From: a virus
Lineage: Duplodnaviria; Caudoviricetes
Virus record (IMG/VR): IMGVR_UViG_3300023053_000001
Location: 64,001-128,000 of that record
DNA length: 64,000 nucleotides
Reading direction: 5' to 3' (one strand)
The stretch's first letter is position 1; each line of letters opens with the position of its first letter. The notes beneath the pieces are model-generated. The model worked only from the letters and a program-made list of their open reading frames with translations. It ran no database searches and was not told where the DNA came from. The position numbers were made by a program, and so were the translations under genes. Below are positions 37,149 to 46,929 of the stretch, in pieces.

Positions 37149-38783
37149 GTGGACAAACGTCTTTTTGATCTGGTTCATCAGCGCACGCCCAAGTTCAACG
37201 ACCGAATCGCTGAGGGCTATGCAGTCAAGGCCATGCGTTTCGTCGAAGACAGCGTGAATCGCTACTTCGAAACAGCTGCCGCGGAGTTTCCGCCGGAGCT
37301 GACGTATGAGGGGTACGATCGTCGTACCCCGTTCGAAGAGTACAACGAAGTTACCAAGCGCATCACCAAGCAGCAGAGCAACACCACGCGCAGTACGTTC
37401 GAACTGGCCCCCAGCTGGCTGTACATGGTGGTCTACAAGTTCAAGTTCAACGGCGAAGACATGGAGCTGCGTCCGCTGTACCTGCCGTTCGTCGGTCAGG
37501 CCGGCACCATCGTCTTGCGTGGTAGTACGTTCAGCATCTGCCCGGTTGCAGCCGACAACGGTTTCAGCGTCGGACCGGACAACCTGTACATCCCGCTGAA
37601 CAAGCTCAAGCTCACCTTCAAGCGCATTCCGCATCACTTCCTCAAGGACGGTGAACGCGAGACGGCGCAGGTGGTGTGGGCCCGTGTGCATCAGGCGTCC
37701 CCGCCTAAGGGATTCCGTATGATGGTCCAGGGTCACACCACCATCCCGCATTACATCTTCGCCGAGTACGGTGTGCGTGAAGCATTCCGTCGCTATCTCG
37801 GCGCTGAGGTGGATGTGGGAGATCCCTTGGCCATCAACGAGAACACCCATCCTGCCAGTGAGTGGATCATCTGCTCCACCCAGCACTCTGCGATGCTGCG
37901 CCCGCGCGGTGTCAAGGACAAGGCGTACGTGGCCAGCAACATCCGTCTGGCCATCCGTAAGGAGCATTACAACCTCACGGCACGGGAGATGATCGGTGGG
38001 TTCTTCTACGTGGTGGATCACTTCCCGGATCGGGTACTGCCCGATTACGTGGACCAGCCGCGCCTGTGGGCCAACCTGATCGGGTCGTTCCTGTTCGGTA
38101 CGAGCAAGAGCGAAGGCAAGATCGCTGAAGAGATGATGCATCACATGGCCTCGGTGCGAGGCTATACCGATGCCGAGAGCCGCCTGTCCTTCCAGACCGC
38201 CGGCATCGAAGCTGAAACCATCCACGACTTCTTCTTCCATGTGGTCGAGTCGTTCAACCAGCGCATCACCCAGTCGCAAAGCGATGTGTCCAGCCTGTAT
38301 GGAAAGCGCCTGATGGTGCTGTACTACGTGCTCAAGGACATTCGTGAAGCGATCAACAGCTTCACCCTGAAGGTCGTGTCGCCTCGCAAGAAGCCGCTGA
38401 CCAAGAAGGACATGGAGAAGATGCTGCGTGACTACATCAAGCCCCTGTTGATCATGGGCCTGAACAAGGAACACGTGGAGGTCAACTCCGTGGCGGTGCC
38501 TGGGGACAACATGATCCCCAAGATCACCAGCCAGATGGCGCTGCAGACCGACACTCGCATGGGTCGCGGTCGTGGCGGTGGGTCGGTCAACGATGCCACC
38601 AAGCACTTGCACGTTTCGGTTGCCGAAGTCGGCAGCTACTCGACCATGAACAAGTCCGATGCCACCGGACGTCGCAAGATCAATCCCTTCGCTAAGACGG
38701 ATGAGAACGACACCATCATCCGCAACCCTGCACTCGTGGAAATGCTCGACGAAGTCCAAGGCAAAATCCAGCGTCGTCAGTAA
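37149..38783 (+). CDS. non-virion RNA polymerase beta-type subunit (phiKZ gp123-like, inferred)
   Basis: GAGGA RBS + GTG; L.LPFVG..G.IVLRGS.F.I.PV, HVSVAEVGSY, GRRKINPF resemble RNAP beta motifs; synteny. Confidence 0.7.
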   Translation: MDKRLFDLVHQRTPKFNDRIAEGYAVKAMRFVEDSVNRYFETAAAEFPPELTYEGYDRRTPFEEYNEVTKRITKQQSNTTRSTFELAPSWLYMVVYKFKFNGEDMELRPLYLPFVGQAGTIVLRGSTFSICPVAADNGFSVGPDNLYIPLNKLKLTFKRIPHHFLKDGERETAQVVWARVHQASPPKGFRMMVQGHTTIPHYIFAEYGVREAFRRYLGAEVDVGDPLAINENTHPASEWIICSTQHSAMLRPRGVKDKAYVASNIRLAIRKEHYNLTAREMIGGFFYVVDHFPDRVLPDYVDQPRLWANLIGSFLFGTSKSEGKIAEEMMHHMASVRGYTDAESRLSFQTAGIEAETIHDFFFHVVESFNQRITQSQSDVSSLYGKRLMVLYYVLKDIREAINSFTLKVVSPRKKPLTKKDMEKMLRDYIKPLLIMGLNKEHVEVNSVAVPGDNMIPKITSQMALQTDTRMGRGRGGGSVNDATKHLHVSVAEVGSYSTMNKSDATGRRKINPFAKTDENDTIIRNPALVEMLDEVQGKIQRRQ

Positions 38784-38810
38784 TCCACCAATCTTGTCCC
38801 CGGAGAAATC

Positions 38811-41045
38811 ATGTCCGCTTATTCCCAAGCACCCGGCCAGTTGCCTTATCAGCCGGCCGTTGTCCTTCGCTCCAACGTCAGTCCGCAGTTCCAGCAGTTC
38901 ATTCCCATCATCAACGGGTATGCGCAGCTGGAAGTGCTCAACAGCGCCCAGCGGACGCCGTTGCGGGGCATCTACGCACAGCAGGTCAGCCAGAACAACT
39001 GGCAGAACCCGATGTACCAGATGTTGGTCAATGCCGTCGGTCAGCTCGGCGAGATGTTGCACCGTACCCGCAACGTCCAGCCCGAGCAGGCCATCCAGGC
39101 AGCAGCCGGTGAAATCGTAGCCTGTTTGGTTGCGGTCTTCGCGGTCGAGAACTCGCAGCAGCTGGGCCAGTACCTGCAGTCCCAAGAAGCACGGCAGCAG
39201 GTCAATGCGCTGGTGACCAAGTTCCAGCAGTACGATCGCGAGATCACCGCCTTCTTCAATGGCGGTATGGCTGCACCGGTCCAGACGCCGCAGCAGATCT
39301 ACGGTCAGGCAGCCTACGGCGGTGGTGGGTACCAGAACGCCGGTTACACGGGCGTCAGCATGCCCTCCGGCCCCAATCCGCTGTTGGCCGGTACGACCAA
39401 GCATGCGGCTGCACAGGTCTTCCCGGATGCGTCCGTGGGTGTGCCCACGGCCACCAGCACCATGGGTCTGGGTAGCTTGACCATGGGCATGAAGAGCGGC
39501 GATGCCAATGCCGGTTCGCCGGCTGGACTGAAGGAGCTGTTCCACATGGATTCGCTGGGCACCCAGCACCATGAAACGCCGCCGGACGTCAAGCCGTTGA
39601 ACATCCCGGCTATGAACCATGCCGCAAACCTGGCCCCGGCCAACGCAGCCTTCAAGCTGCAGGAAATCGGCCTGCCCGATGCAGCGCCGAGCTTGCCGGA
39701 AGTTCCGGCAGAACCGGTGAACGTCCAGCCCCTGCCGCTGAACGAAGTTGCAGACTCGCCGGTGGACACCGGTTGGGTGACGTTGGATGACACCCTGGAC
39801 TGGCCGAAGGTGCGCGATCGCAATCGGCCGTTCGACGCCATGCTGTTGGAAGATGGTACGGAAATCCGTCCCTACTTCCTGGCTGGCGACTGGAAGGTGA
39901 AGTTCGATGCTGAGCATCCCTTCCTCCGTGCGTACGATCCGATCACGCATGTGCGCATGCTGCGGAAGGATCGTGAAGGCAAGATCACCGAAGAACTGGT
40001 CACGAGGAAAGAAGAGATGAACTACGAGGACCATGAGCTGAACTCGGCGGACCGTGCGGCCTACGACAAGGCTCGTCGTCGCGACGAACTTCGTCCGGTG
40101 GACATGTCGGTCATCAGCAAGTTGCAGCCGGTTCCCGAATCGCCGCTGTCCACCCAGCTGCTGCCGGTTGAAGGCGAAGCCGTCAATCCGGAAGAGGTGG
40201 TCGAGGTCAAGCCGGTGGTGGGTCTGGACAAGGCCATCATCGTCAAGGAAATGACCGACTCCCACAACAAGCTGCGGGTGGAGCTGTCCAAGAACGGCGT
40301 CGAGCGCGATTCCAACGCCGCCTTCGAGTATTACGTTGATGTGGTCAATGCTCGCCTGGTGACCCAGGACGATCTGGCCGTCATCGAACTGATGCTCGAA
40401 TGCGAAAGCCTGGAAGGGGTCGTGGACCTGCAGTCCCGCATCGGCGAGGACAAGCTGGCCAACGTGCTGGATGATCGCCTGACCGCAGCGGTCAACGACG
40501 CCCTGCACAAGAACCTGGGCTTCACCCAGTGGACCATCTCCAGCTTCGGTGAGGACTACCTCAACCTCATCACCGAGCTGAACGCTGAAGGCTACGAAGT
40601 CGTGGCCGAACGCCTGCAGAACTACGCAGAAGAGATCGCCACCCGGGCCCTGCAGTTCAGCACGCAGGACGAAGTCATGACCTTCGGCAAGAACGCGCTG
40701 GGGATCACTGACGATGATCTGAAGGGCACCGATCTGAAGGTACTGTGCCTGACCGAGCGCAACTCGGTTACGGTCTTGCCGTGGACGATGTCCCAGCTGC
40801 GGGTCCATCTGGAACCGGGCATCGCTTCGCTGGTGCCGGAAAGCACCCTGCCGAAGTTGCACGAAATGCTGACGGCGATCCTGACCCGTACGGTGGACGT
40901 GCCCAAGCTGTACAACCATCGCTACCTGCTCACCCGCAATGATGAAGTGCTGGGTGGTTCGGAGCTGCTGGAAATCTACCGGGGTTACTACGTCGACGAT
41001 GCCATTCTGCTCGGCTTCTCGACGACTCCGGCTGACAGCGTGTAA
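38811..41045 (+). CDS. conserved-position hypothetical protein (744 aa) with low-complexity Q/A/G/P region
   Basis: GGAG RBS; strong codon bias. Confidence 0.8.
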   Translation: MSAYSQAPGQLPYQPAVVLRSNVSPQFQQFIPIINGYAQLEVLNSAQRTPLRGIYAQQVSQNNWQNPMYQMLVNAVGQLGEMLHRTRNVQPEQAIQAAAGEIVACLVAVFAVENSQQLGQYLQSQEARQQVNALVTKFQQYDREITAFFNGGMAAPVQTPQQIYGQAAYGGGGYQNAGYTGVSMPSGPNPLLAGTTKHAAAQVFPDASVGVPTATSTMGLGSLTMGMKSGDANAGSPAGLKELFHMDSLGTQHHETPPDVKPLNIPAMNHAANLAPANAAFKLQEIGLPDAAPSLPEVPAEPVNVQPLPLNEVADSPVDTGWVTLDDTLDWPKVRDRNRPFDAMLLEDGTEIRPYFLAGDWKVKFDAEHPFLRAYDPITHVRMLRKDREGKITEELVTRKEEMNYEDHELNSADRAAYDKARRRDELRPVDMSVISKLQPVPESPLSTQLLPVEGEAVNPEEVVEVKPVVGLDKAIIVKEMTDSHNKLRVELSKNGVERDSNAAFEYYVDVVNARLVTQDDLAVIELMLECESLEGVVDLQSRIGEDKLANVLDDRLTAAVNDALHKNLGFTQWTISSFGEDYLNLITELNAEGYEVVAERLQNYAEEIATRALQFSTQDEVMTFGKNALGITDDDLKGTDLKVLCLTERNSVTVLPWTMSQLRVHLEPGIASLVPESTLPKLHEMLTAILTRTVDVPKLYNHRYLLTRNDEVLGGSELLEIYRGYYVDDAILLGFSTTPADSV

Positions 41046-41052
41046 GGGGACG

Positions 41053-41099
41053 GCACATGGACTACCACCGGGCATTGCGCCCGGTGGTAGTCTTGTGTC
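41053..41099. terminator. bidirectional hairpin between convergent genes
   Basis: GACTACCACCGGG-CATTGCG-CCCGGTGGTAGTC perfect 13-bp stem. Confidence 0.8.
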
Positions 41100-41114
41100 T
41101 TTTCTTTTTGCCCT

Positions 41115-44036
41115 TTATTCAGCCGGTGGAGCTTCGGACGTGGGCTGTGCCTCGTCCTCTTCTTCCGTGGCTGCAGCCTCATCGGTACCAGTGCCAGTAT
41201 CAGCACCCGTATCGGCCCCGGTATCCATACCGAGATCATCGTCGAAGTTCAAACCATCGCCACCGGTATCACCACCGGTGTCCATGCCCGTGTCCGTACC
41301 ACCGCTGGTTGCGGCGGGACCAGCATCCAGTTCAGTGGCCTGACCGGCTGCCTTGAGCGATTCGATACGTGCCGCGTACTTGCGACGACGCATCAACACG
41401 GCGGTGATGTAACCACCCATGGAGGCGCGGATGTTCTCCACGTGAGCTGCGTTGGCTTCCTGCATGTTCAGCGCCGGACCATCTTCGTCGGCCTGGGTGA
41501 GGATTTCCAGTTCCGGGAAGATACGGTTGGTGCGCATGTAGTCGCGCATGAAGAACGCCTTGGTTGCTTCGATCAGGGCATTGAGATCTTCCTCGCCGCC
41601 TGCGATTTCCATTTCGCGCAAGAAGTCCGGCGTCATGTACGCCTTCAGCGCCGTTTCCAGCGCGCTGTTGTACTTCTCGAAAGCTTCCATCTGCAGTGCC
41701 TGCGAACCCTGCTCGGGCTTGGGCAGTTCCACACGCAGGGCGTGGATGAAGTCCAGGATGATCGCATCGACCGGATCGTCATTGTCATGACGCTGGAGGA
41801 AGCTGTCGATCATGTCGTCCTGCAAGTTCTGGACGTTCTCCTTCTTCTCATCCTTGTCCTCACCCTTGCGCTGCAGATCCGACTGGCGCATCTCCAAGAT
41901 CTTCTTGACCTCATCACGCATGCGGTCGAGCAAGATGCCCGAGTTCAGCGTGAAGCGTGCCACGAAGTCCTGCAGGTGACCGGTGTAGATCTTCTGCCAC
42001 ATCAACACGCGCTTGGCCATCAACAGGTTGTTGGCCACCACCGACGTGGCAAAGTCCGGACCCTGTGCAGCATCGACCGTTTCCGGCGCCAGACCGAACG
42101 AGTTCAGGTGACGCTTCTTCAGGTCGTCCTGCAGCTTGTCATCCGGACGCACGCGGTTGTTCTGACGATCTTCCACGTTGACGGCCGTGGACGGATAACG
42201 GGGGTTGCCCGAGATCACGTATTCCACCGAGGCCTGCTGCATGTAGTTGACGATGTCACGCGGACTGGTTGCACCCAGCGGCATCAAACCGTTGGAGCGC
42301 GCATAAGCGAACTCATGCATCAGTCCTTCCACCGTCGACGCCGGATCGGGGTCCTGTTCGTCCAGCGTGATCGACACGATGGTACGACCCACCGAGTTCT
42401 TGATCGCCGCCATGGTGTCAGCAAACAGCAGCATCGCACGCAGACCGCCGATGACCTTGGACTTCTGCATCAGCGACACACCCACACCGTACTGGTTGTA
42501 GTCGAACGCGATGTAGGTCATCAGTTCGGCCGGCACGTACAGCAGCTGGGTGTGCATACCTGCCAGCGCACGGGCCAGCATGATGCGGTAGATTTCCTGC
42601 GGGTTGGCTACCTGCACGCCTTCGCGGTACAGACCGTTCTGCAGACGCTGCGCCAGACCGACCTGTACCATGTCCGAGTAGATGCGCGTCATTTCATCGA
42701 CGTCCATCTGACGGCTGTACCAGTCGCTGCCGTAAGTGCCACGCTTGACGTTGGCCGTGAGCTGGCTGACCAGTTCGCGGTTGGACTTCAAGTTGTTGGA
42801 CATCTCATGGTAGTAGTCCTGCTCCTGCGACTTGACCAGCGGATTACCCTGTCGGTCCAACAGCACGAAGTAACCCAGGTGCTTCTCCGGCGAGGAGGGC
42901 ACGTGGACAGGAATCACACACTCGCTGGGCAGATGCATGTCCAGCGGATGGCCGACGGACTCACGCTGCAACTGGGAGGGCTTGTCAATGGTCAGGATCT
43001 GGCGCAGCTGGAACTGACGATCGCGGTAGAGCGAGCCACGTTCCTTGGCCTGCGTCAGCGCATCTTGGTTCTGCTGCTTCTGATCCATCTTGGCCGCCAT
43101 GCGATCCACACCCACGAAGGCTTCCGTAGCCAGACCGTTGGGACGGATCACATCGTTGAGGCGATCGCGGCGCGACTTCTCCAGCAGTGCCGGAATGCGC
43201 AGCACCTGCGGGTTATCGGTCACCGTCAGCAGCGGATCGAAACTGACCTTGCGCTTGACATGTTCCAGCGGATCGGTCGGCTTGTCCGGGCGGAAAGTAA
43301 CGTCCATTTCCCACTGGAGGTTTTCGAAGGCGGGCAGATACTTTGGCTTCTCCCCCAACGCTTCGCTGAACCACGACTCCATGGTAGGCAGCACGTTCTT
43401 ATCGGGCGCACCGGGATTGCCGAGGATGCCCTGCGAGCGCGGCATCTTGGTTTCCACGTCGATGATGTCACCGATCGATTCGTGGCTGACCCGGCTATTG
43501 GAGTTGATGGCATGATCGATGGAAGACTCCGGCAAAACCATGATGGCGTAGCTGCCCGTTTTGAACAGGGCATCGCGCAGATGGTCCGGAGCTTTCTCGC
43601 TCATTTTATAGACATTGTCGAAGTGTTCCGTGATGACGTCCAGACACGGCTTTGCCAGCTCCGAGGGGAAGGCAGTTTTGTCCACCGTGTAAGTGATCTT
43701 GGTTTCCACCAGATCCTTCGGCGACAGGATCGAACTGACCACCACTTCCTTGGCCAGCTCGGTATCAGGCAGCAGCTGGAAGAGGCTTTCCGAGTCGACG
43801 ATGTTGGAGGCGGTTTGTTCGCTGATGCGGTCCAGGAGATTCATGTCCGGTCCCTGCACCATCGGGCGGACGCGACCCTGACGATCCACCACGCTCTGTG
43901 CAGCGCTGGTGTGGGTCGGGGCAATCAGCTTGCTGACCACCACATCGACCGTCCGGTCTGGGCGCGTGAGCCCGAAGCGCGGGAAGCCGCGCGCTCGCTT
44001 GGACAGCAGCGAGTCGTTGTAACTACTGTTGTTCAT
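41115..44036 (-). CDS. putative portal protein (phiKZ gp129-like, inferred from size and synteny)
   Basis: 973 aa, GGAG RBS; ELAKEVVVSSILSPKD, LPSECVIPVHVP, GYFVLLD..GNP; acidic disordered tail. Confidence 0.6.
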   Translation of the reverse strand: MNNSSYNDSLLSKRARGFPRFGLTRPDRTVDVVVSKLIAPTHTSAAQSVVDRQGRVRPMVQGPDMNLLDRISEQTASNIVDSESLFQLLPDTELAKEVVVSSILSPKDLVETKITYTVDKTAFPSELAKPCLDVITEHFDNVYKMSEKAPDHLRDALFKTGSYAIMVLPESSIDHAINSNSRVSHESIGDIIDVETKMPRSQGILGNPGAPDKNVLPTMESWFSEALGEKPKYLPAFENLQWEMDVTFRPDKPTDPLEHVKRKVSFDPLLTVTDNPQVLRIPALLEKSRRDRLNDVIRPNGLATEAFVGVDRMAAKMDQKQQNQDALTQAKERGSLYRDRQFQLRQILTIDKPSQLQRESVGHPLDMHLPSECVIPVHVPSSPEKHLGYFVLLDRQGNPLVKSQEQDYYHEMSNNLKSNRELVSQLTANVKRGTYGSDWYSRQMDVDEMTRIYSDMVQVGLAQRLQNGLYREGVQVANPQEIYRIMLARALAGMHTQLLYVPAELMTYIAFDYNQYGVGVSLMQKSKVIGGLRAMLLFADTMAAIKNSVGRTIVSITLDEQDPDPASTVEGLMHEFAYARSNGLMPLGATSPRDIVNYMQQASVEYVISGNPRYPSTAVNVEDRQNNRVRPDDKLQDDLKKRHLNSFGLAPETVDAAQGPDFATSVVANNLLMAKRVLMWQKIYTGHLQDFVARFTLNSGILLDRMRDEVKKILEMRQSDLQRKGEDKDEKKENVQNLQDDMIDSFLQRHDNDDPVDAIILDFIHALRVELPKPEQGSQALQMEAFEKYNSALETALKAYMTPDFLREMEIAGGEEDLNALIEATKAFFMRDYMRTNRIFPELEILTQADEDGPALNMQEANAAHVENIRASMGGYITAVLMRRRKYAARIESLKAAGQATELDAGPAATSGGTDTGMDTGGDTGGDGLNFDDDLGMDTGADTGADTGTGTDEAAATEEEDEAQPTSEAPPAE

Positions 44037-44086
44037 GGAAACTCCTTCAAACCTTTTTCATTAACGTTGTCATGGGAGGCCGCCTC

Positions 44087-46435
44087 GTGTCTCAGGCGCA
44101 ATACAACATTTACCGCAAGAACGTGATGGCGCTGGTGCGGTCGCTGGTCTTTAAGTACAGCGCCACAGCCGATGCGATCAATGCGGCGCAGGAGAGCCTC
44201 GGCCGTAGGGTCAACATGGCGGACCCCGCCAGTTGGAAATACTACATGAATCTGAACGGTCAGTACCACGGTACTGATCGGAAGATGACGGTCATCTCTC
44301 TGGACACGCTGCAAACCATCGAGTTCACCAAGGAGACGCTTGCCGAGCACCTGACCACGTTGAGTGAGTACCGGTCTTCGGATAACAAGCGTTACTACAA
44401 CGCGCTGGTCGATCGTTACCCGGATCAGGAAATCCTGATCCAAGGCATCCTCAATCCGGTGGACATTGCCAAGGCAATTGCTGCTAAGGACGGAGAGATT
44501 CTCTACTATGACCCGACCCTGGTCGAGGAGAACGAAACCAACCTGATTCCCAAGCTCAGCCAGTGGCTGCGCCTGCAGATCCAGCGTTGGAACGTGCCTG
44601 CGTACACGGTTGTCGATGACCTTTATGCCGGCGTCATGCTGGCAAATGTGGTCTCACTTTTGCCGATCACAGTGGAAAACCTGCGATTGGCAAACTGTCA
44701 TACTCTCTATGCGCACAGCTACCACATCCGTGAATTCTTGGCCAGTAACGGTCGTCTGGACTACTATGTCGACTACCTGACCAAGAAGCAGATGCTCTGG
44801 CTGTACCGCAATGCGCGCTACCTGCGACGCAACGCAGGCATGCGGGAAACCTTTGAAGTTTTGATGCAAAACATCCTGACCGATCGAGGGTTGCCGTTGG
44901 CCGAATGGCGTATGCGCCATAACGTAAAAGATCTCGCTGAAAATGTACGCGCCTTGCCGGAGTTCTCGCGCAAGCCGCTGAATCTGGAGTACAGTAGCGC
45001 CGGTAGCGATACCCGCTCGATCCAGACCATGCTCGACCGCGAAGTGGATGAGGCCCCGGACAATCTGTTCGTCCAGGACCAAGCGGAAGTGGACATGGAA
45101 AGCGAGATGGCTAACTCGATCACGAACCGACTGCGCACCAAGGTGCTCGAATCGTCGATTCTGGATCTGACTGACGCCTCACCCTTTACGCTGGCTGACA
45201 ACCTGCTCAACCATTGGCTGTACCTGTCCAACCAAGGCCGGTACAACTCGGTGGTCACCGTGGACAACCCCAAGACGGGTGGTCAGATCTCGTTGACCAT
45301 GGAGGAAGCCTTCTTGGTGTTCCTGTACGCTTACAACCTCTCGGTAGGGATTGAGCTGAAGGAACTGCCCTTGCTGCAGGCCATGAATGTGCGACGCTTG
45401 CCGTTGCCCACCGTGGCTCAGGTGCACAGCATCGTCGACCCCAATCTGGTACCGCGTTCGATCATCGAGCAAATGATGAACGGCATGGTGCCGCTGACCA
45501 CGTACATCTCCATCCCGGCCTTCTACGAGACCGTGGTGAAGATCCACAGTGAGAAGCTGAATCAGCGTCTGATCTACTCCAACGTCGAACACTACCTGGC
45601 CCGCGGTCAGGCAGAAGCGGCGATGCGTTACCTCTACGGTGACTATCCGATCCAGATCGGTAAGAGTAGTGGGTTCACTACTTACACGCAGTGGTTCACC
45701 GATAAGGGTCTGGATGTCCCCACCTACACCATGCTCGAAGCGGACCTGCTGGCCAATCAGCTGTATGCGCGTTGCACTGGCCAGAACCTGAAGGTTGCTC
45801 GCAGCCTGAAGGAACTCCAGGCGGCCATGCTGCGTTTGATGAAGCAGCTGTCTTCGTACTCGATCCAGTTCCTGCAGTCGATCAACTCCAACCCCATCTC
45901 GGTGGTGGAATGGCCCTTGATCCGACCCGGCGATCACACCGGTTATGTGCGCCACGCCGATTACATCCAGACCATCGACATTGACCTGCAGTCCACGCGC
46001 ACGCGTCGCCGCAGTTTGTTGCCGATTGACTTGGCTGAAATCTCGGCCGGGTTGGAATCCAATCTCTTCTGGCGCAGTGATGCGTGCTTGGACATTGGAC
46101 TGGACGTGGAGAAGGCGGGCAATAGCAGCCACACCATCCGCATGGTGCAAGGCTCCACTGACGTGCTGTCTGTACGCAATAACTTCCCTGAGTTGGGCCC
46201 GGATACGCCCATTCTGTCCAGCTACGATTACGTGGCTCCCGGCAGCAATGCGCTGTCCACGGCGTTTGAATTCTTGGACTCCCCGCACTACCGGTTGGAC
46301 GACGCCGATCGTACCGCGGTGGCTGCACGCTACGCTGCCTACGCAGATAGCAAGGGTCCGTTCAAGCGCATGCTGATCGATGTTGCACCGATCATGCGAC
46401 TGCCCGGTCTTACCATCAACCTTCTGCAAGGATAA
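44087..46435 (+). CDS. virion structural / baseplate-like protein (phiKZ gp128-like, inferred)
   Basis: GGAGG RBS + GTG; WKYYMNLNGQYH.TD..M.V.SLDT, YP.QE.LI.GIL.PVDI; divergent from the portal-like gene. Confidence 0.65.
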   Translation: MSQAQYNIYRKNVMALVRSLVFKYSATADAINAAQESLGRRVNMADPASWKYYMNLNGQYHGTDRKMTVISLDTLQTIEFTKETLAEHLTTLSEYRSSDNKRYYNALVDRYPDQEILIQGILNPVDIAKAIAAKDGEILYYDPTLVEENETNLIPKLSQWLRLQIQRWNVPAYTVVDDLYAGVMLANVVSLLPITVENLRLANCHTLYAHSYHIREFLASNGRLDYYVDYLTKKQMLWLYRNARYLRRNAGMRETFEVLMQNILTDRGLPLAEWRMRHNVKDLAENVRALPEFSRKPLNLEYSSAGSDTRSIQTMLDREVDEAPDNLFVQDQAEVDMESEMANSITNRLRTKVLESSILDLTDASPFTLADNLLNHWLYLSNQGRYNSVVTVDNPKTGGQISLTMEEAFLVFLYAYNLSVGIELKELPLLQAMNVRRLPLPTVAQVHSIVDPNLVPRSIIEQMMNGMVPLTTYISIPAFYETVVKIHSEKLNQRLIYSNVEHYLARGQAEAAMRYLYGDYPIQIGKSSGFTTYTQWFTDKGLDVPTYTMLEADLLANQLYARCTGQNLKVARSLKELQAAMLRLMKQLSSYSIQFLQSINSNPISVVEWPLIRPGDHTGYVRHADYIQTIDIDLQSTRTRRRSLLPIDLAEISAGLESNLFWRSDACLDIGLDVEKAGNSSHTIRMVQGSTDVLSVRNNFPELGPDTPILSSYDYVAPGSNALSTAFEFLDSPHYRLDDADRTAVAARYAAYADSKGPFKRMLIDVAPIMRLPGLTINLLQG

Positions 46436-46441
46436 GTCCCC

Positions 46442-46918
46442 ATGAGTCAGTCCCTGCGATTGCTGGGCTTGCCGATCAAGACGGCCCACCAAAGCATGGT
46501 CGCTGAAGCGTTGACGGATAGTGACAATGTGAATCTGCTCCAGATCGGCGACCCGTTTACCCGTGGAGACGGGCGGGTCGGCCTTCTGGTGTCTGTTGCC
46601 GATGAAGCTTACGACGACCCGGACATGAAGTGGTATGGGACCGTCGACTTCTCCGTGCGCAAAATGCCACTGGAGGAGTTTTTTGCCGGCATCACGCTGA
46701 AGATCAAACTGCCGGCCACCCCGGCCGGCGGTCTCAACACCAACACCGATGACGTGGTGGATAAGTTGAGTGAGATCTTCGGTATTCGCTTTGACCCCGT
46801 CGACTATTTCAGCGATGCCATCGTTTCTGCCGGCTCTGCCGATTACATGCTCCGTACCACGGTCGTCAGTCCGCGCTGGTCGGGGCAGGTCATGGTTCAG
46901 ATTTATCCTGACGTGTAA
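46442..46918 (+). CDS. virion protein of the dispersed paralog family
   Basis: WYGTVDFSVRKMPL, IFGIRF, SPRWSGQ. Confidence 0.68.
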   Translation: MSQSLRLLGLPIKTAHQSMVAEALTDSDNVNLLQIGDPFTRGDGRVGLLVSVADEAYDDPDMKWYGTVDFSVRKMPLEEFFAGITLKIKLPATPAGGLNTNTDDVVDKLSEIFGIRFDPVDYFSDAIVSAGSADYMLRTTVVSPRWSGQVMVQIYPDV

Positions 46919-46929
46919 GGACCAAGACC

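Noticed and set aside
37143-41075. Very long antisense ORFs (1310 aa here; also 33368-35809, 5020-7056, 41442-44126, 62550-63977 and others)
   Set aside because: They are shadows of strongly GC3-biased genes on the opposite strand, with no RBS, no motifs and typical V/L/D/H/Q-rich shadow composition.
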